From assembly GCA_041663445.1 (NCBI GenBank), contig JBAYMR010000005.1, positions 996 to 64,995 on the forward strand: a DNA stretch of 64,000 bases. Direction: 5' to 3'. Numbering within the stretch: position 1 is the first letter of the stretch; each line of letters starts with the position of its first letter. Shown here piece by piece: positions 33,803-42,986 of the stretch. The position numbers and the translations under genes were made by a program. This stretch comes from Candidatus Micrarchaeia archaeon (GTDB taxonomy: Archaea > Micrarchaeota > Micrarchaeia > Anstonellales > Anstonellaceae). The notes under the pieces were generated by a model. It had not been told where the DNA came from. It did no database searches and saw only the letters and a program-made list of their open reading frames with translations.

Positions 33803-35029
33803 TCAACAGCAGCCGCAATCGTGCCCTTCAGGGGAATTGTCCTCCACTATTTTCACGCCTGGAAGCTCCTCGCCGGACAGGTATTCGATGAGCGCCTTGC
33901 CCGCCAGCGAAACATAGCCGAGCTTTGCTTTGCTTATCTGGAATTTGTCAAGCGCGGAGAGCGTGTGCCCGCCGCCGAACACGGAGAACGCCTTGCTGGC
34001 TTCGATGGCCTTGAGGAGCGTGCGCGTGCCGTACTCGAACTCCGGCTTTTCATAAACGCCCGCTGGCCCGTTCATCATCACCGTCTTGGCAGACGATATG
34101 CGCTTGGAGTACTCGGCTGCCGTTTTTTTGCCAATGTCCATTATGCCGCTTTTCGAAGGAAGGGAGGAGATGGGAATTTCCTTGCGCCTGCCGGCCTCGT
34201 CCACCGCAATGTCCTGCGGGAACAGTATCTTGCCAGGGTATTTTTCCAATAGCTCGCGCGCCTTTGGAAGGTAGGCAATCGCCTTCTTTTCCTTCAGGAA
34301 GTCAAGAGTCTTGCCCAGTTCCTTTCCAGATGCAAGCACGAACAGGTTGCCAAGCACGCCGCATGTGAGCGCGCAGTCTATTTTCCCCTCGGAGAGCCAG
34401 TTCTCCATTATGCCGATGGAATCGTCTGGCTTTGCCCCGCCGAAGATGAAGACGGCGGGGTGCGCTGGCTCGCGCAGCTTGTTGAGGGCGGCAAGCTCGC
34501 GCTCCATCACCCTGCCTGCGACAACCGGCTTTTTGTAAAAGCCCACTATGGATGCCTGCGCGCGGTGCGAGGCGGAGAACGCGTCCAGCACGAACACGTC
34601 GCAGTAGGGGGAAAGCTCCTTCACGAGCGTGGCGTTCGCGTTTTCCTCGATGGTCTTGTATTTTGCCTCGTCGTCAAGGAAGCGGACATTGTCAAGCAGG
34701 AGGATGCCGCCCGGCTTTAGCGCGCGGATGGCGTCCTTCGCCTTTTTCCCGCAAACGTCGTCCACGAACGCCACGGGCTTTTTCACCTCGGAGCCAAGAA
34801 GCAGCGCGTGCTGCGAAAGGGAGATGCAGTCGTAATCGCCCTTCCTTCCCTGGTGCGCAAGCACCACGACGCGCGCGCCCAAATCGGACAGCTCGCGCAC
34901 CGTCTGCGCATGCCCGGATATCCTTTCGCCTTTCTCCACCGCAAGGGTCTTTTCGTCCACGGGCGAGTTCAAATCCACGCGCACGAACGCAGTTTTTCCC
35001 TTGAAATTGTAATTGTCAAGCGTGAGCAT
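33803..35029 (-). CDS. pgk: phosphoglycerate kinase
   Basis: 408 aa. FVRVDLNSPV and GGAKPDD-type motifs typical of archaeal Pgk. Confidence 0.9.
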   Translation of the reverse strand: MLTLDNYNFKGKTAFVRVDLNSPVDEKTLAVEKGERISGHAQTVRELSDLGARVVVLAHQGRKGDYDCISLSQHALLLGSEVKKPVAFVDDVCGKKAKDAIRALKPGGILLLDNVRFLDDEAKYKTIEENANATLVKELSPYCDVFVLDAFSASHRAQASIVGFYKKPVVAGRVMERELAALNKLREPAHPAVFIFGGAKPDDSIGIMENWLSEGKIDCALTCGVLGNLFVLASGKELGKTLDFLKEKKAIAYLPKARELLEKYPGKILFPQDIAVDEAGRRKEIPISSLPSKSGIMDIGKKTAAEYSKRISSAKTVMMNGPAGVYEKPEFEYGTRTLLKAIEASKAFSVFGGGHTLSALDKFQISKAKLGYVSLAGKALIEYLSGEELPGVKIVEDNSPEGHDCGCC

Positions 35030-35083
35030 CCAACCACCGCAGGAAGAACTCGGCGAAAGTTTTAAACGCTTGAGCAGTGAAAG

Positions 35084-35872
35084 ATGCGTGTGGAGGGCGA
35101 AAACCGCATCTACACCGTTCTTTCACTCGCAGGCGGGCTGTTCTGCCTCGCTGCAAGCCTTTTTTTCGGCTCGGCACCCGCTGCCGCAGCAGGAGCGCTG
35201 TTCTTTTTCCTCTCGTTGCTTTTCTGGAAATACGGATATGCGCTTTACCCTTATTTTGCAAAGGGCGCGAAGATTGTCGAGGCCGGCAGGAACTTCGAGA
35301 TACCCCCGTCGCAGGACGTGGTGGTGGGAAAGGAGGGCGGAAGCTTCCTTGCAACCATTTTCCTTTCCGCGCGCCTGTATGAATCGGCCTCGGAAGGCAA
35401 TGCGGCTGGTGCGGGAAAGATGTTCGAGAAGGCGATTTCATCGTCGGGCTTCCCGTTCAAGGTGTGCTGTCTGGTCTGCCCGCTTTCCCTGCGCTCCGAG
35501 CTTGACGAGATGCGGGAGAAGCGGAGCCTTGCCGAGTCGCGGCGGGGGAAATTGGCCACCGGGAAAGGCAATGAGTCCGAGCGCGCGCGCCTTGAGCGCG
35601 AGATTGCCATGTGGGGCAGGCAGATAGAAAGGCTCTCGTCGGGCGAGCGCCCGCTCGAGGTCGTGTTCTATCTTTCCACCACGGCGGCGGGAAGGACGAA
35701 GGAGGAGGCCGTGTCCCGCGCGCGGGCGCAGTCGGAGGAGCTGTCCGTTGTTGTCGGGAGCGCGCTTTCCTGCGAGATAACGCCAATGAAGGGGGAGGAG
35801 ATGAAGCGCCTGTTCTGGTGGGATTTTTTCGGCCCGGTAAACAGGGAGGATTTGGCAGACCAGCTGTTCTGA
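35084..35872 (+). CDS. hypothetical membrane-anchored protein
   Basis: Two N-terminal hydrophobic helices followed by a charged, coiled-coil-like soluble domain. No family recognised. Confidence 0.5.
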   Translation: MRVEGENRIYTVLSLAGGLFCLAASLFFGSAPAAAAGALFFFLSLLFWKYGYALYPYFAKGAKIVEAGRNFEIPPSQDVVVGKEGGSFLATIFLSARLYESASEGNAAGAGKMFEKAISSSGFPFKVCCLVCPLSLRSELDEMREKRSLAESRRGKLATGKGNESERARLEREIAMWGRQIERLSSGERPLEVVFYLSTTAAGRTKEEAVSRARAQSEELSVVVGSALSCEITPMKGEEMKRLFWWDFFGPVNREDLADQLF

Positions 35873-35897
35873 TTCCGGCTTTGCCCTGGGTTTTTTT

Positions 35898-36641
35898 CTA
35901 CCGTGTTATTGCAAGCGCCAGCGAAAGCCCGCAGGCAATCGCGGCGCCTAGCAGGAACACGAGCGCCGCCTTTGCCTTGCCTCCGGCGCGGAGCGCGTCG
36001 GGCATCAGCTCGGAGAAAGTCACGAACGCCATTGCGCCCGAGGAGAATGCAAGCGCGAATGGGGTGGCAGGCGCCACCGCAGACAGGAAAAGGAAGCCGG
36101 CTATCGCGGCAAGGAACTCCACGAAGCCTGAAAATGCGCCCCAGAAAAATGAGTGGCGCGTGCCCAAGCCGTAAGCCATGAGCGGCGCGGAAACGATAAG
36201 CCCCTCGGGAAAGTCCTGGATGGCCATCGTGCCCGCCACCAGCCAGCCAAGCTGGGGCGAGGCTGCGAATGCCGATGCTATGGCAAAGCCCTCGGGAATG
36301 TTATGGAGCGTGATGGTGCCCGCCAGGAGCGCGGCTTTCCTCTTTTCATTTTCCATGGGCGCGCGCCTTACAAAGGCATGCACGTGCGGCAGCACGCGGT
36401 CAAGGGCGAGGAACGCGCACAGGCCGAGAGCAAGCCCTGCAAGCGCGACTATGTCGCCGGAGACCGCATGCGACTGCAGGAGCATCTCAAGCGCGGAAAA
36501 AGCCATTACACCCCCTGAAAATGCAGCAAGGAGCGCGAAGAGCTTTCCGCGCACGCCCTTCAGGGGAAGCACCAGCGCGGCGCCCGCAGTGGTGGCGGCA
36601 AACGCGAGCGATGCGCCTAGGAAGAGGTTGAAAAAAGCCAT
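35898..36641 (-). CDS. ZIP family metal transporter
   Basis: LHNIPEGFAIA and QDFPEGL motifs. Start chosen at MAFFNLFLG. Confidence 0.85.
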   Translation of the reverse strand: MAFFNLFLGASLAFAATTAGAALVLPLKGVRGKLFALLAAFSGGVMAFSALEMLLQSHAVSGDIVALAGLALGLCAFLALDRVLPHVHAFVRRAPMENEKRKAALLAGTITLHNIPEGFAIASAFAASPQLGWLVAGTMAIQDFPEGLIVSAPLMAYGLGTRHSFFWGAFSGFVEFLAAIAGFLFLSAVAPATPFALAFSSGAMAFVTFSELMPDALRAGGKAKAALVFLLGAAIACGLSLALAITR

Positions 36642-36684
36642 AAGAGCGCCTTGGGATTGGATTGGTTGGGGTGCCGCTTGCGGA

Positions 36685-37281
36685 CTAGCCAGCCTTGGCA
36701 TACATGTTGCAAAGGTCAAAGTCAGCGCTGCCGGAAAGCGGGGCGCACACATCAGGCGCCTTCACCTGCTGGGCCACCTGCACGATGCAGCTTGAGCGCG
36801 TCGAGGTGTCGCCTATTGTCGTGCACTGCGCCATGTTGTTTGCAGCCACTGCCTGCGTGTAGGCCTGGGAATCGGCTTCGGACACTCCGGCTGGCGGGTT
36901 CACGGTTGCAGCTTCGGGCTCGGTGCCGGAGTCCGGCTGCCCGCCCACGATGGAAATTGCGTTGGTGCCGTTTATGCCGTAAGCATCAATCGCCCCGGAG
37001 ATTGCCGCGAATACCTTTGCGCGCTCTTCGGGGGTCATCTGCTCAAGCAGCTTCTTTGCCGAGGAGTCTGACGAGTCGCGCAGGCACTTCTCCTTCTGCA
37101 CGCTGTTGTTGAGGGAATAGCAGTCATACGGGTTTTGCTCAAGCACGGCATTCGTGTAGACGCAGTTTGCAATCGTGCTCATGGTCGAGTTTGCGCAGGC
37201 CGCCGGGATGCCGCCCTGGGTGCAGCCAAAAAGGGCGAGCAGCAGCGCGAGCGACAGGACGGGAAGGGTAAAATGCCTCAT
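36685..37281 (-). CDS. putative lipoprotein, Cys-rich
   Basis: MRHFTLPVLSLALLLALFGC signal plus lipobox. Several paired Cys residues. Confidence 0.6.
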   Translation of the reverse strand: MRHFTLPVLSLALLLALFGCTQGGIPAACANSTMSTIANCVYTNAVLEQNPYDCYSLNNSVQKEKCLRDSSDSSAKKLLEQMTPEERAKVFAAISGAIDAYGINGTNAISIVGGQPDSGTEPEAATVNPPAGVSEADSQAYTQAVAANNMAQCTTIGDTSTRSSCIVQVAQQVKAPDVCAPLSGSADFDLCNMYAKAG

Positions 37282-37335
37282 GCATGCATTGTCGCTGCGA
37301 GAGTTTAAATTAATTCTCGACAAAAATGCGGCTTT

Positions 37336-37911
37336 ATGTTCAAAGACCTGTTTTACCCAAGGCAGGCGGTGCTTGTCACCGCGGCCTCAAGCGAGAAATC
37401 GAACGTCACTGCGGTGGAGTGGATTACGCCCATCGGCGAAAAGCCGCCCATGCTTGCCCTGTCGCTCCACAACACCTCGCTCACGCTGGACCTGCTTTCC
37501 ACGTCGATGGAGTTCGTGGTGGCAATCCCGACTGAAAAATTGCGCGACGCAGTATTGTTGTGCGGGGCGACTTCAGGGAAGTTCATAGACAAATTCTCCG
37601 AGGCGAACCTCACCCAGGTGAAGGCGAAGAGGGTGGCTGCGCCGCTCATCATGGAGGCGGCGGCAAACGTCGAGTGCAAGGTGCTCAATTACACGAGCGC
37701 GGGCGACCACACGCTGGTCGTCGGCGAGGTCGTGGAAGTCACGCTGTCGAAGGAGAACGGGGAATTCGCGCCTGTCATGTTCGGGGTTGCTGAAAGGAAG
37801 GCCAAGGGGCAGGAAAAGCCAGCTGAGAGGGTTTTGGAAAAGTCTGAAAAGCAGCCAGACAGGGGGCAGGAAAAGCAGGCTGAGAAAGGTGCTCCTGAAA
37901 AAACGGCCTAA
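37336..37911 (+). CDS. flavin reductase-like (FMN-binding split-barrel) protein
   Basis: Typical flavin_reduct sequence over about 140 aa, followed by a Lys/Glu/Gln-rich tail. Confidence 0.8.
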   Translation: MFKDLFYPRQAVLVTAASSEKSNVTAVEWITPIGEKPPMLALSLHNTSLTLDLLSTSMEFVVAIPTEKLRDAVLLCGATSGKFIDKFSEANLTQVKAKRVAAPLIMEAAANVECKVLNYTSAGDHTLVVGEVVEVTLSKENGEFAPVMFGVAERKAKGQEKPAERVLEKSEKQPDRGQEKQAEKGAPEKTA

Positions 37912-37930
37912 GCCTTGGTTCCCTGATTGA

Positions 37931-39958
37931 TTAATTGTAGCCGCATTCGAAGTAGTCATAGCTCCGGCTGTATTCGTTATAGGGCCCGTTGATGCAGCAG
38001 GGAATCGCGGTGCAGCCAGTTGCAATGTAGTCGCTGAAGTTCGCATACCCTTCCTTGGGCTTTGGCACGTTGCAGTTGCCACCGAAATATTCTTGCCAGT
38101 GCATCCTATAGAACTCGGTGTCGCGGTCGGTGCAGAACCAGACCAGGTGCTCCGGAAAATATGTCGTGTATTTGTGGAAGTACTTGAAAGTGATTGCAGC
38201 AGTGGAGTTGTTTGCCGCGCTTGTCGCGTTGGTCGTGTTTTTTGCAGTGGTGTTGTTGGTTGCATTTGTGGAGTTTGTCGTGTTGGCATGAGTGGTGTTG
38301 GTTTTTACCGTAGTGTTTGTTTTCACAGTTGTGTTTGTAGTGTTGGTTTTCACGGTGCTGTTTGTTGTGTTGGTTGGCAGGGTTGTGTTGGCAGCAGAGG
38401 CAGGATTCAGAAGCGTGAGGTTTGCCGAAATGTTGCTCGGGAGCATGGCCAAGTACATCTTTCCACTGCAGTCTGCCCCGGACAGGTCGTTTGAAGAATA
38501 GTCGCCCGCCTTCCAATTGGAAAGCAGCGCGGGCAGGCGGCTGGCGTCGAATGCGCAGGTTCCGCTCGCACCGATTGCCGCCTTTGCCTGCGCAGTGGAT
38601 GCCGCTTCCTGCGCCCGTATTTCAGTAATGGTCACCCCTCTTGCAAGCGCGGAGGCGAGCGTGGAGTCGCTAAGCTTGACGGATGAATCCAACGTCAGCG
38701 AGTAAAGCGAGCATTTGCCTGTCTTGGATGCATTTTTTATTTCCATGTACGAGGTGCTGGAGATGAGCAGGCCCGAAACGTCCACGACGGAGCTGTGGGT
38801 CACGTTTGCAGGCTGGCATGTGCCTGATGCCCGGATGAAGCAATCCATGTCAGTGCCGCAATCAATCGGGCTGGCTGCCAGCGGAACAGGAGTGGAAGGA
38901 GTGGCATTCTGGACCGGGGTGATGGGCTGGCTTGGCACCAAAGGCGCGCTGTTTGCAGGCGCTATCACAAAAACGTAATATGCCCCGGCTGCAACCAGGA
39001 TGAGGGCAAGCGCGATGATTGGCAGAAACTTCATTATTCCTGCCGCGGGTTTTGCTGGTGCGGCAGGCTGGGAGGGCGCCTGGGGTGCCGCTGGCGCTTG
39101 CTGGGCAGAGATGGGTTGCGTTTGCTGCGCCAAGGGGGATGCCGTGCCAGCAGGCATGGCGCTCGCACCCGGCCGGGAAGGGGCGCCTACAAATGTTGGA
39201 AGTGTTGATTGCCCCTGCGCAGCAGGCTGTGAGGAAGAGACTGGCGGCTGATTGGCAGGTGGGCGCGGGAAAATAGGCGGCCTTGCAACTGGCACGGATG
39301 GCGGTTGTACAGGCGCGCCCTGTTGCTGCGCAGGCGGAACTGGCTGCGAGGGCAGTGGCGAAGCAGGCTGCGCGCTTGCCGCTTGCGGCTGAAGCTGTTT
39401 TTTGCCAAATAAAGACGAGAAGAATGACTTTTTCTGGGCTGGAAGCTGGATTGGGCTTGCAGGCGGAATGGGGGATTGTTGGGCGGGCTGAAGAGGAGGC
39501 ATGACAGGCGGCATTTGAGCCTGCGGCATTGCCGGCGCCTGCTGCGCGGGAGAGGCTGCGGATGGCGGCTGGGTGGTTTGCACGGCTTCAGGAGATGCAG
39601 ACGAGGATTGCTGCTGGGTGGAAGAAACAGGTGCAGTTTGCTGCTGCGATGCCGCTGTCTGTGCAGATGATTGCGTTGCAGGCAGGGCAGGCGGGGCTGT
39701 TGCGGCAGGCTTTACCCAGGGGGGCGCAGTCTGGGCGGGCTGGGTTGCTGCTTGGGCTTGCGCCGCCTTGGCAGCTTGCGCGGCAGTGGGGGCAGCCAGC
39801 TTTTGGGATTTTATCGCTGAAAATGCGTCGGATACCGCTTCCTGCTTCCAGCCAACCGAGAGCAGCTGCTGGGTTATCTGGTCGTCATTCCTCTTGTTCT
39901 GGCGCGCTTTGAGGATGAATGCGATTAGTTTTTCGCTGACCATCAGACCACAGGGCAA
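37931..39958 (-). CDS. single-pass membrane protein with Pro/Ala/Gln-rich cytoplasmic region, N-x-T-rich stalk and Cys-rich C-terminal module
   Basis: TM helix FLPIIALALILVAAGAYYVFVIA. Run of NTT/NST sequons. The C-terminal ~75 aa carry several Cys, including a CC pair. The start may be MVSEKL at 39943. Confidence 0.65.
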   Translation of the reverse strand: MPCGLMVSEKLIAFILKARQNKRNDDQITQQLLSVGWKQEAVSDAFSAIKSQKLAAPTAAQAAKAAQAQAATQPAQTAPPWVKPAATAPPALPATQSSAQTAASQQQTAPVSSTQQQSSSASPEAVQTTQPPSAASPAQQAPAMPQAQMPPVMPPLQPAQQSPIPPASPIQLPAQKKSFFSSLFGKKQLQPQAASAQPASPLPSQPVPPAQQQGAPVQPPSVPVARPPIFPRPPANQPPVSSSQPAAQGQSTLPTFVGAPSRPGASAMPAGTASPLAQQTQPISAQQAPAAPQAPSQPAAPAKPAAGIMKFLPIIALALILVAAGAYYVFVIAPANSAPLVPSQPITPVQNATPSTPVPLAASPIDCGTDMDCFIRASGTCQPANVTHSSVVDVSGLLISSTSYMEIKNASKTGKCSLYSLTLDSSVKLSDSTLASALARGVTITEIRAQEAASTAQAKAAIGASGTCAFDASRLPALLSNWKAGDYSSNDLSGADCSGKMYLAMLPSNISANLTLLNPASAANTTLPTNTTNSTVKTNTTNTTVKTNTTVKTNTTHANTTNSTNATNNTTAKNTTNATSAANNSTAAITFKYFHKYTTYFPEHLVWFCTDRDTEFYRMHWQEYFGGNCNVPKPKEGYANFSDYIATGCTAIPCCINGPYNEYSRSYDYFECGYN

Positions 39959-40001
39959 ATACGATATCCCAACTTATAAATTTGCCTGAGGAAAGAAAAA
40001 C

Positions 40002-40790
40002 ATGCGCCCGCTCGTAGTGATTGCCACTGAAAACCAGGCAAGCCTGAACATAAAAAATGCGCTTCTTTCCCTTGTGCCGGCTCTTCGGCAGCAGGGGACC
40101 GGCTTTTGGTCATCGCCTGAGTTTGACATGGCAGAGTACCCGGGCAGGATAATTGACATTGTGCCAACGCATGAGGCAGAATGCTATATTTTTGCAAGCA
40201 CGCACAGGAGCGAAAGCGCAAAGCCGTGCTTTACCGCGCACACCCCGGGCAATTGGGGCGCGGCGGCCATGGGCGGCGAGCCGCGCACGCTGAACATCGC
40301 ATCCGCTTCGCGCCTGTCTGCGGCAGTGCGCAGGATGAAGGAACTTTCAGATGCATCCTCCCTGAAATGGGAGGTTGCCGTGGAAGTGGACCACCACGGC
40401 CCGAGCCTGGGAAAGCCGGTGCTGTTCGTGGAGATTGGCAGCTCTGAAAAGGAATGGGGCATCCTGGAAGCGGGCATCATCTGCGCACAGGGAATAATCG
40501 CAGCCGCCACCGCCGAGCCTGTTTCCGAGGCGTGCGTGGGGTTCGGCGGCACGCATTACTGCCCGAAGTTCACGCGCACCATACTGTCAGGAGTTCCGCT
40601 GGGGAATATCGTTTCAGGCTACTCGCTGGAGAGGGACGGGGCGGATGGGGCAATGGTGCGCCAGGCAATCGAGAAAAACGACTGCAAAATCTCGCGCGCC
40701 CTGCTTGACTGGAAAGGGATAAAGGGGGAAAAGAGGCGCGAGCTTGTCGCCTGCCTGGATGCGCTTGGCGTGAAGTGGGAGAAGGCGTAG
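40002..40790 (+). CDS. dtdA: D-aminoacyl-tRNA deacylase (archaeal DtdA type)
   Basis: 262 aa. GGTHYCPKFT and the overall tRNA_deacylase family pattern. Confidence 0.8.
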   Translation: MRPLVVIATENQASLNIKNALLSLVPALRQQGTGFWSSPEFDMAEYPGRIIDIVPTHEAECYIFASTHRSESAKPCFTAHTPGNWGAAAMGGEPRTLNIASASRLSAAVRRMKELSDASSLKWEVAVEVDHHGPSLGKPVLFVEIGSSEKEWGILEAGIICAQGIIAAATAEPVSEACVGFGGTHYCPKFTRTILSGVPLGNIVSGYSLERDGADGAMVRQAIEKNDCKISRALLDWKGIKGEKRRELVACLDALGVKWEKA

Positions 40791-40874
40791 CAGCCGCCAG
40801 CACTCAAGCACGGAGAGCGCACCGGCATCCTGCCTCCGCACTGATTTTAAACCCTAGAATGCATATTTGGCGGC

Positions 40875-41846
40875 ATGGCGGACTTGCTCTTCTGCTCGCA
40901 CTACCCATTTTCTTCTGCTGCCAAGGCATACGTGAGCGAGCGCGGAATGGAAATCGTCTCCTCCTACGTTGAGAAGTCCGAGGAGCGCGTGCGCGAGGCG
41001 ATAATGTCGGGCAAGGTGGGAAAGGTGCCCGCCATTTCGGATGCGCAGGAGGAGGAGCTGGCGCTCTACGCGATTGCGCGCATGATAGTTTCGTGCGCGA
41101 ACAACAGGTACCTCATCAACAGGTATGCTGTCGCGGAGGCGAAGAAAACAAGCGACTACCTGTCGTCCGATTCTTCCGCGCACCCGGAGTATGTTGATGC
41201 TGTTGCCGCGGAATTCGGGATAAAATTCGAGAAGGCTGGCGCGCAGTTCCTGGTGCCGCTCGGCAAGTATCTTGCCTACACCCCGCGCTCAACCGACTAC
41301 AAGCTGGCGAACAGGGAAGTCCTTGCGGGAAAGGTGAGGGTGAGCAGCCATGAGCGCGTGCGCATGCTTGAGGAGGCGGTGAAAAAGAAAATCGAGCGCG
41401 AGCTTCCCATCCGCGCGGCTTTCCCCGACGAGGTGAAAGCGTCCGGCGCGCGGGCGCTTGCGCTCCTCCCCAAGCTAGAGGCGAACGTGGTGAAGGTGGG
41501 GCAGGAGAATTACCCGCCCTGCGTGAGAAGGATGATTGAGGAATTGGCGCTCAACGTGAATTTGCCGCACACCGCGCGCGTGGCGCTTGGCATCTACCTG
41601 GTGAAGGCCGGCTTGCCGACAGACAAGATAATGGACATTTTCAGGGGCGCGCCTGACTTTTCCGAGAAAACGACGCGCTACCAGGTGGAATACCTGCGCA
41701 CCAAGGGGTATTCCATGCCCTCGTGCGCCACCATGGACAGCTATGGCGTGTGCGTGGCTGAGTGCAGGTGCGGCACGCCCCTGAATTACCGCGCCAGCAT
41801 CCACGGAAGATGGCTGAAGCAGGCGGAAGACGAAGGCAAGAAATAA
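40875..41846 (+). CDS. priL: DNA primase large subunit
   Basis: PPCVRRMI, Fe-S cluster Cys residues near the C-terminus, and typical PriL sequence. Confidence 0.85.
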   Translation: MADLLFCSHYPFSSAAKAYVSERGMEIVSSYVEKSEERVREAIMSGKVGKVPAISDAQEEELALYAIARMIVSCANNRYLINRYAVAEAKKTSDYLSSDSSAHPEYVDAVAAEFGIKFEKAGAQFLVPLGKYLAYTPRSTDYKLANREVLAGKVRVSSHERVRMLEEAVKKKIERELPIRAAFPDEVKASGARALALLPKLEANVVKVGQENYPPCVRRMIEELALNVNLPHTARVALGIYLVKAGLPTDKIMDIFRGAPDFSEKTTRYQVEYLRTKGYSMPSCATMDSYGVCVAECRCGTPLNYRASIHGRWLKQAEDEGKK

Positions 41847-41852
41847 GATGGA

Positions 41853-42986
41853 TTGGAGAGAGGCAAGACAATGAGTTCGCTCGTGCAGACACCGGAGGAA
41901 AAGTTCCTGAGGAAAAAGTTTTCCGATTACTATGGCGGCAGCACAGTCGCTGTGCGCGGGCTTGAGAAGCGCGAGTTCGGCTTTGGCGGCTGGGAGAAGA
42001 AAATAGAGTTCAGGCACCTCGCCTTCAAGAACGAGGGGGAGCTTCGCGCGCGGCTGGTTGCCGAGGCGCCGCTCTACATTTCCCATTCCGTCGCATACTA
42101 CGAGTTCCCGGACGCGCGCCCCATGCCGCGCAAGAACTGGCTCGGCTCCGACCTGATATTCGACCTGGATGCGGAGGGGCACTCGTGCGGGAAGTTCACC
42201 TGCCAAAAATGCCTGGACGAAGTGAAGGCGGACGCGATAAAGCTCATCGAGGAATTTTTGCTGCCGGACTTTGGCTTTTCAAAAAGCGAATTGGCGGTGA
42301 ATTTCTCGGGAAGCCGAGGCTACCACGTGCACGTGGTGTCCGATGCGGTTTATGACCTGGACAGGGAGGCGCGGCGCGAGATTGCGGATTACGTTTCCGG
42401 CACCGGGCTGTCGTTTGAAAGGCTGTTCTGGAACGACGGCAAGAAGTTCTTCGGCCCGACGCCGTCGCAGGGCGGGTTTGGCGGGAAGTTCGCGCGCGCG
42501 TTTGCCGCAAAGCTGTCCGATGATTCGTTTGCATTGTCAATTGCGCGCAAGCTGAAGAAGCCCGAGGAGAAAGAGAAATTGAAAAGCGCGATTGCGAACG
42601 GCAACTGGGACAACATCGGCATAACCAACCGCGAGAAAAAGCTGGGGGAAAAGTTTGACGGGATGAAGCTCACGATGGCGGGAAGGATTGACGCCAATGT
42701 CACCGCAGACACCAGCAAGCTGATTCGCATGCCGGATTCCATACACGGGGGGAGCGGGTTTGCCGCCAAGCGCCTATCCTCGCCGGATGCCATAACGGAG
42801 TTTGAGCCCATGCGAAGCGCGCCAGTGTTTGGCAGCGCGCCGCTGCGCGTGAAGGCTACTGAGGCCGTGCCTGCGCTTTCCATCCGCGACTTTTCATTCG
42901 GCCCGATTCCCGCAGGCGAGGCGCGCGAGCTTCCGGAGGCGTGCGCCATCTACCTTCTTTGCAAAAAAGCCGCAGTGCTTGCCTAG
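41853..42986 (+). CDS. priS: DNA primase small (catalytic) subunit
   Basis: DLIFDLDAE and SGSRGYHVHV catalytic motifs. The start may be MSSLVQ at 41871. Confidence 0.9.
   Translation: MERGKTMSSLVQTPEEKFLRKKFSDYYGGSTVAVRGLEKREFGFGGWEKKIEFRHLAFKNEGELRARLVAEAPLYISHSVAYYEFPDARPMPRKNWLGSDLIFDLDAEGHSCGKFTCQKCLDEVKADAIKLIEEFLLPDFGFSKSELAVNFSGSRGYHVHVVSDAVYDLDREARREIADYVSGTGLSFERLFWNDGKKFFGPTPSQGGFGGKFARAFAAKLSDDSFALSIARKLKKPEEKEKLKSAIANGNWDNIGITNREKKLGEKFDGMKLTMAGRIDANVTADTSKLIRMPDSIHGGSGFAAKRLSSPDAITEFEPMRSAPVFGSAPLRVKATEAVPALSIRDFSFGPIPAGEARELPEACAIYLLCKKAAVLA

Noticed and set aside
38280-38395. Short direct DNA repeats (GTGTTGGTTTTYACNGT...) that at first glance look like a repeat array.
   Set aside because: They lie inside the 675-aa ORF and encode the NTT(V)KTNTT sequon repeats. 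There is no spacer structure, so this is not a CRISPR array.
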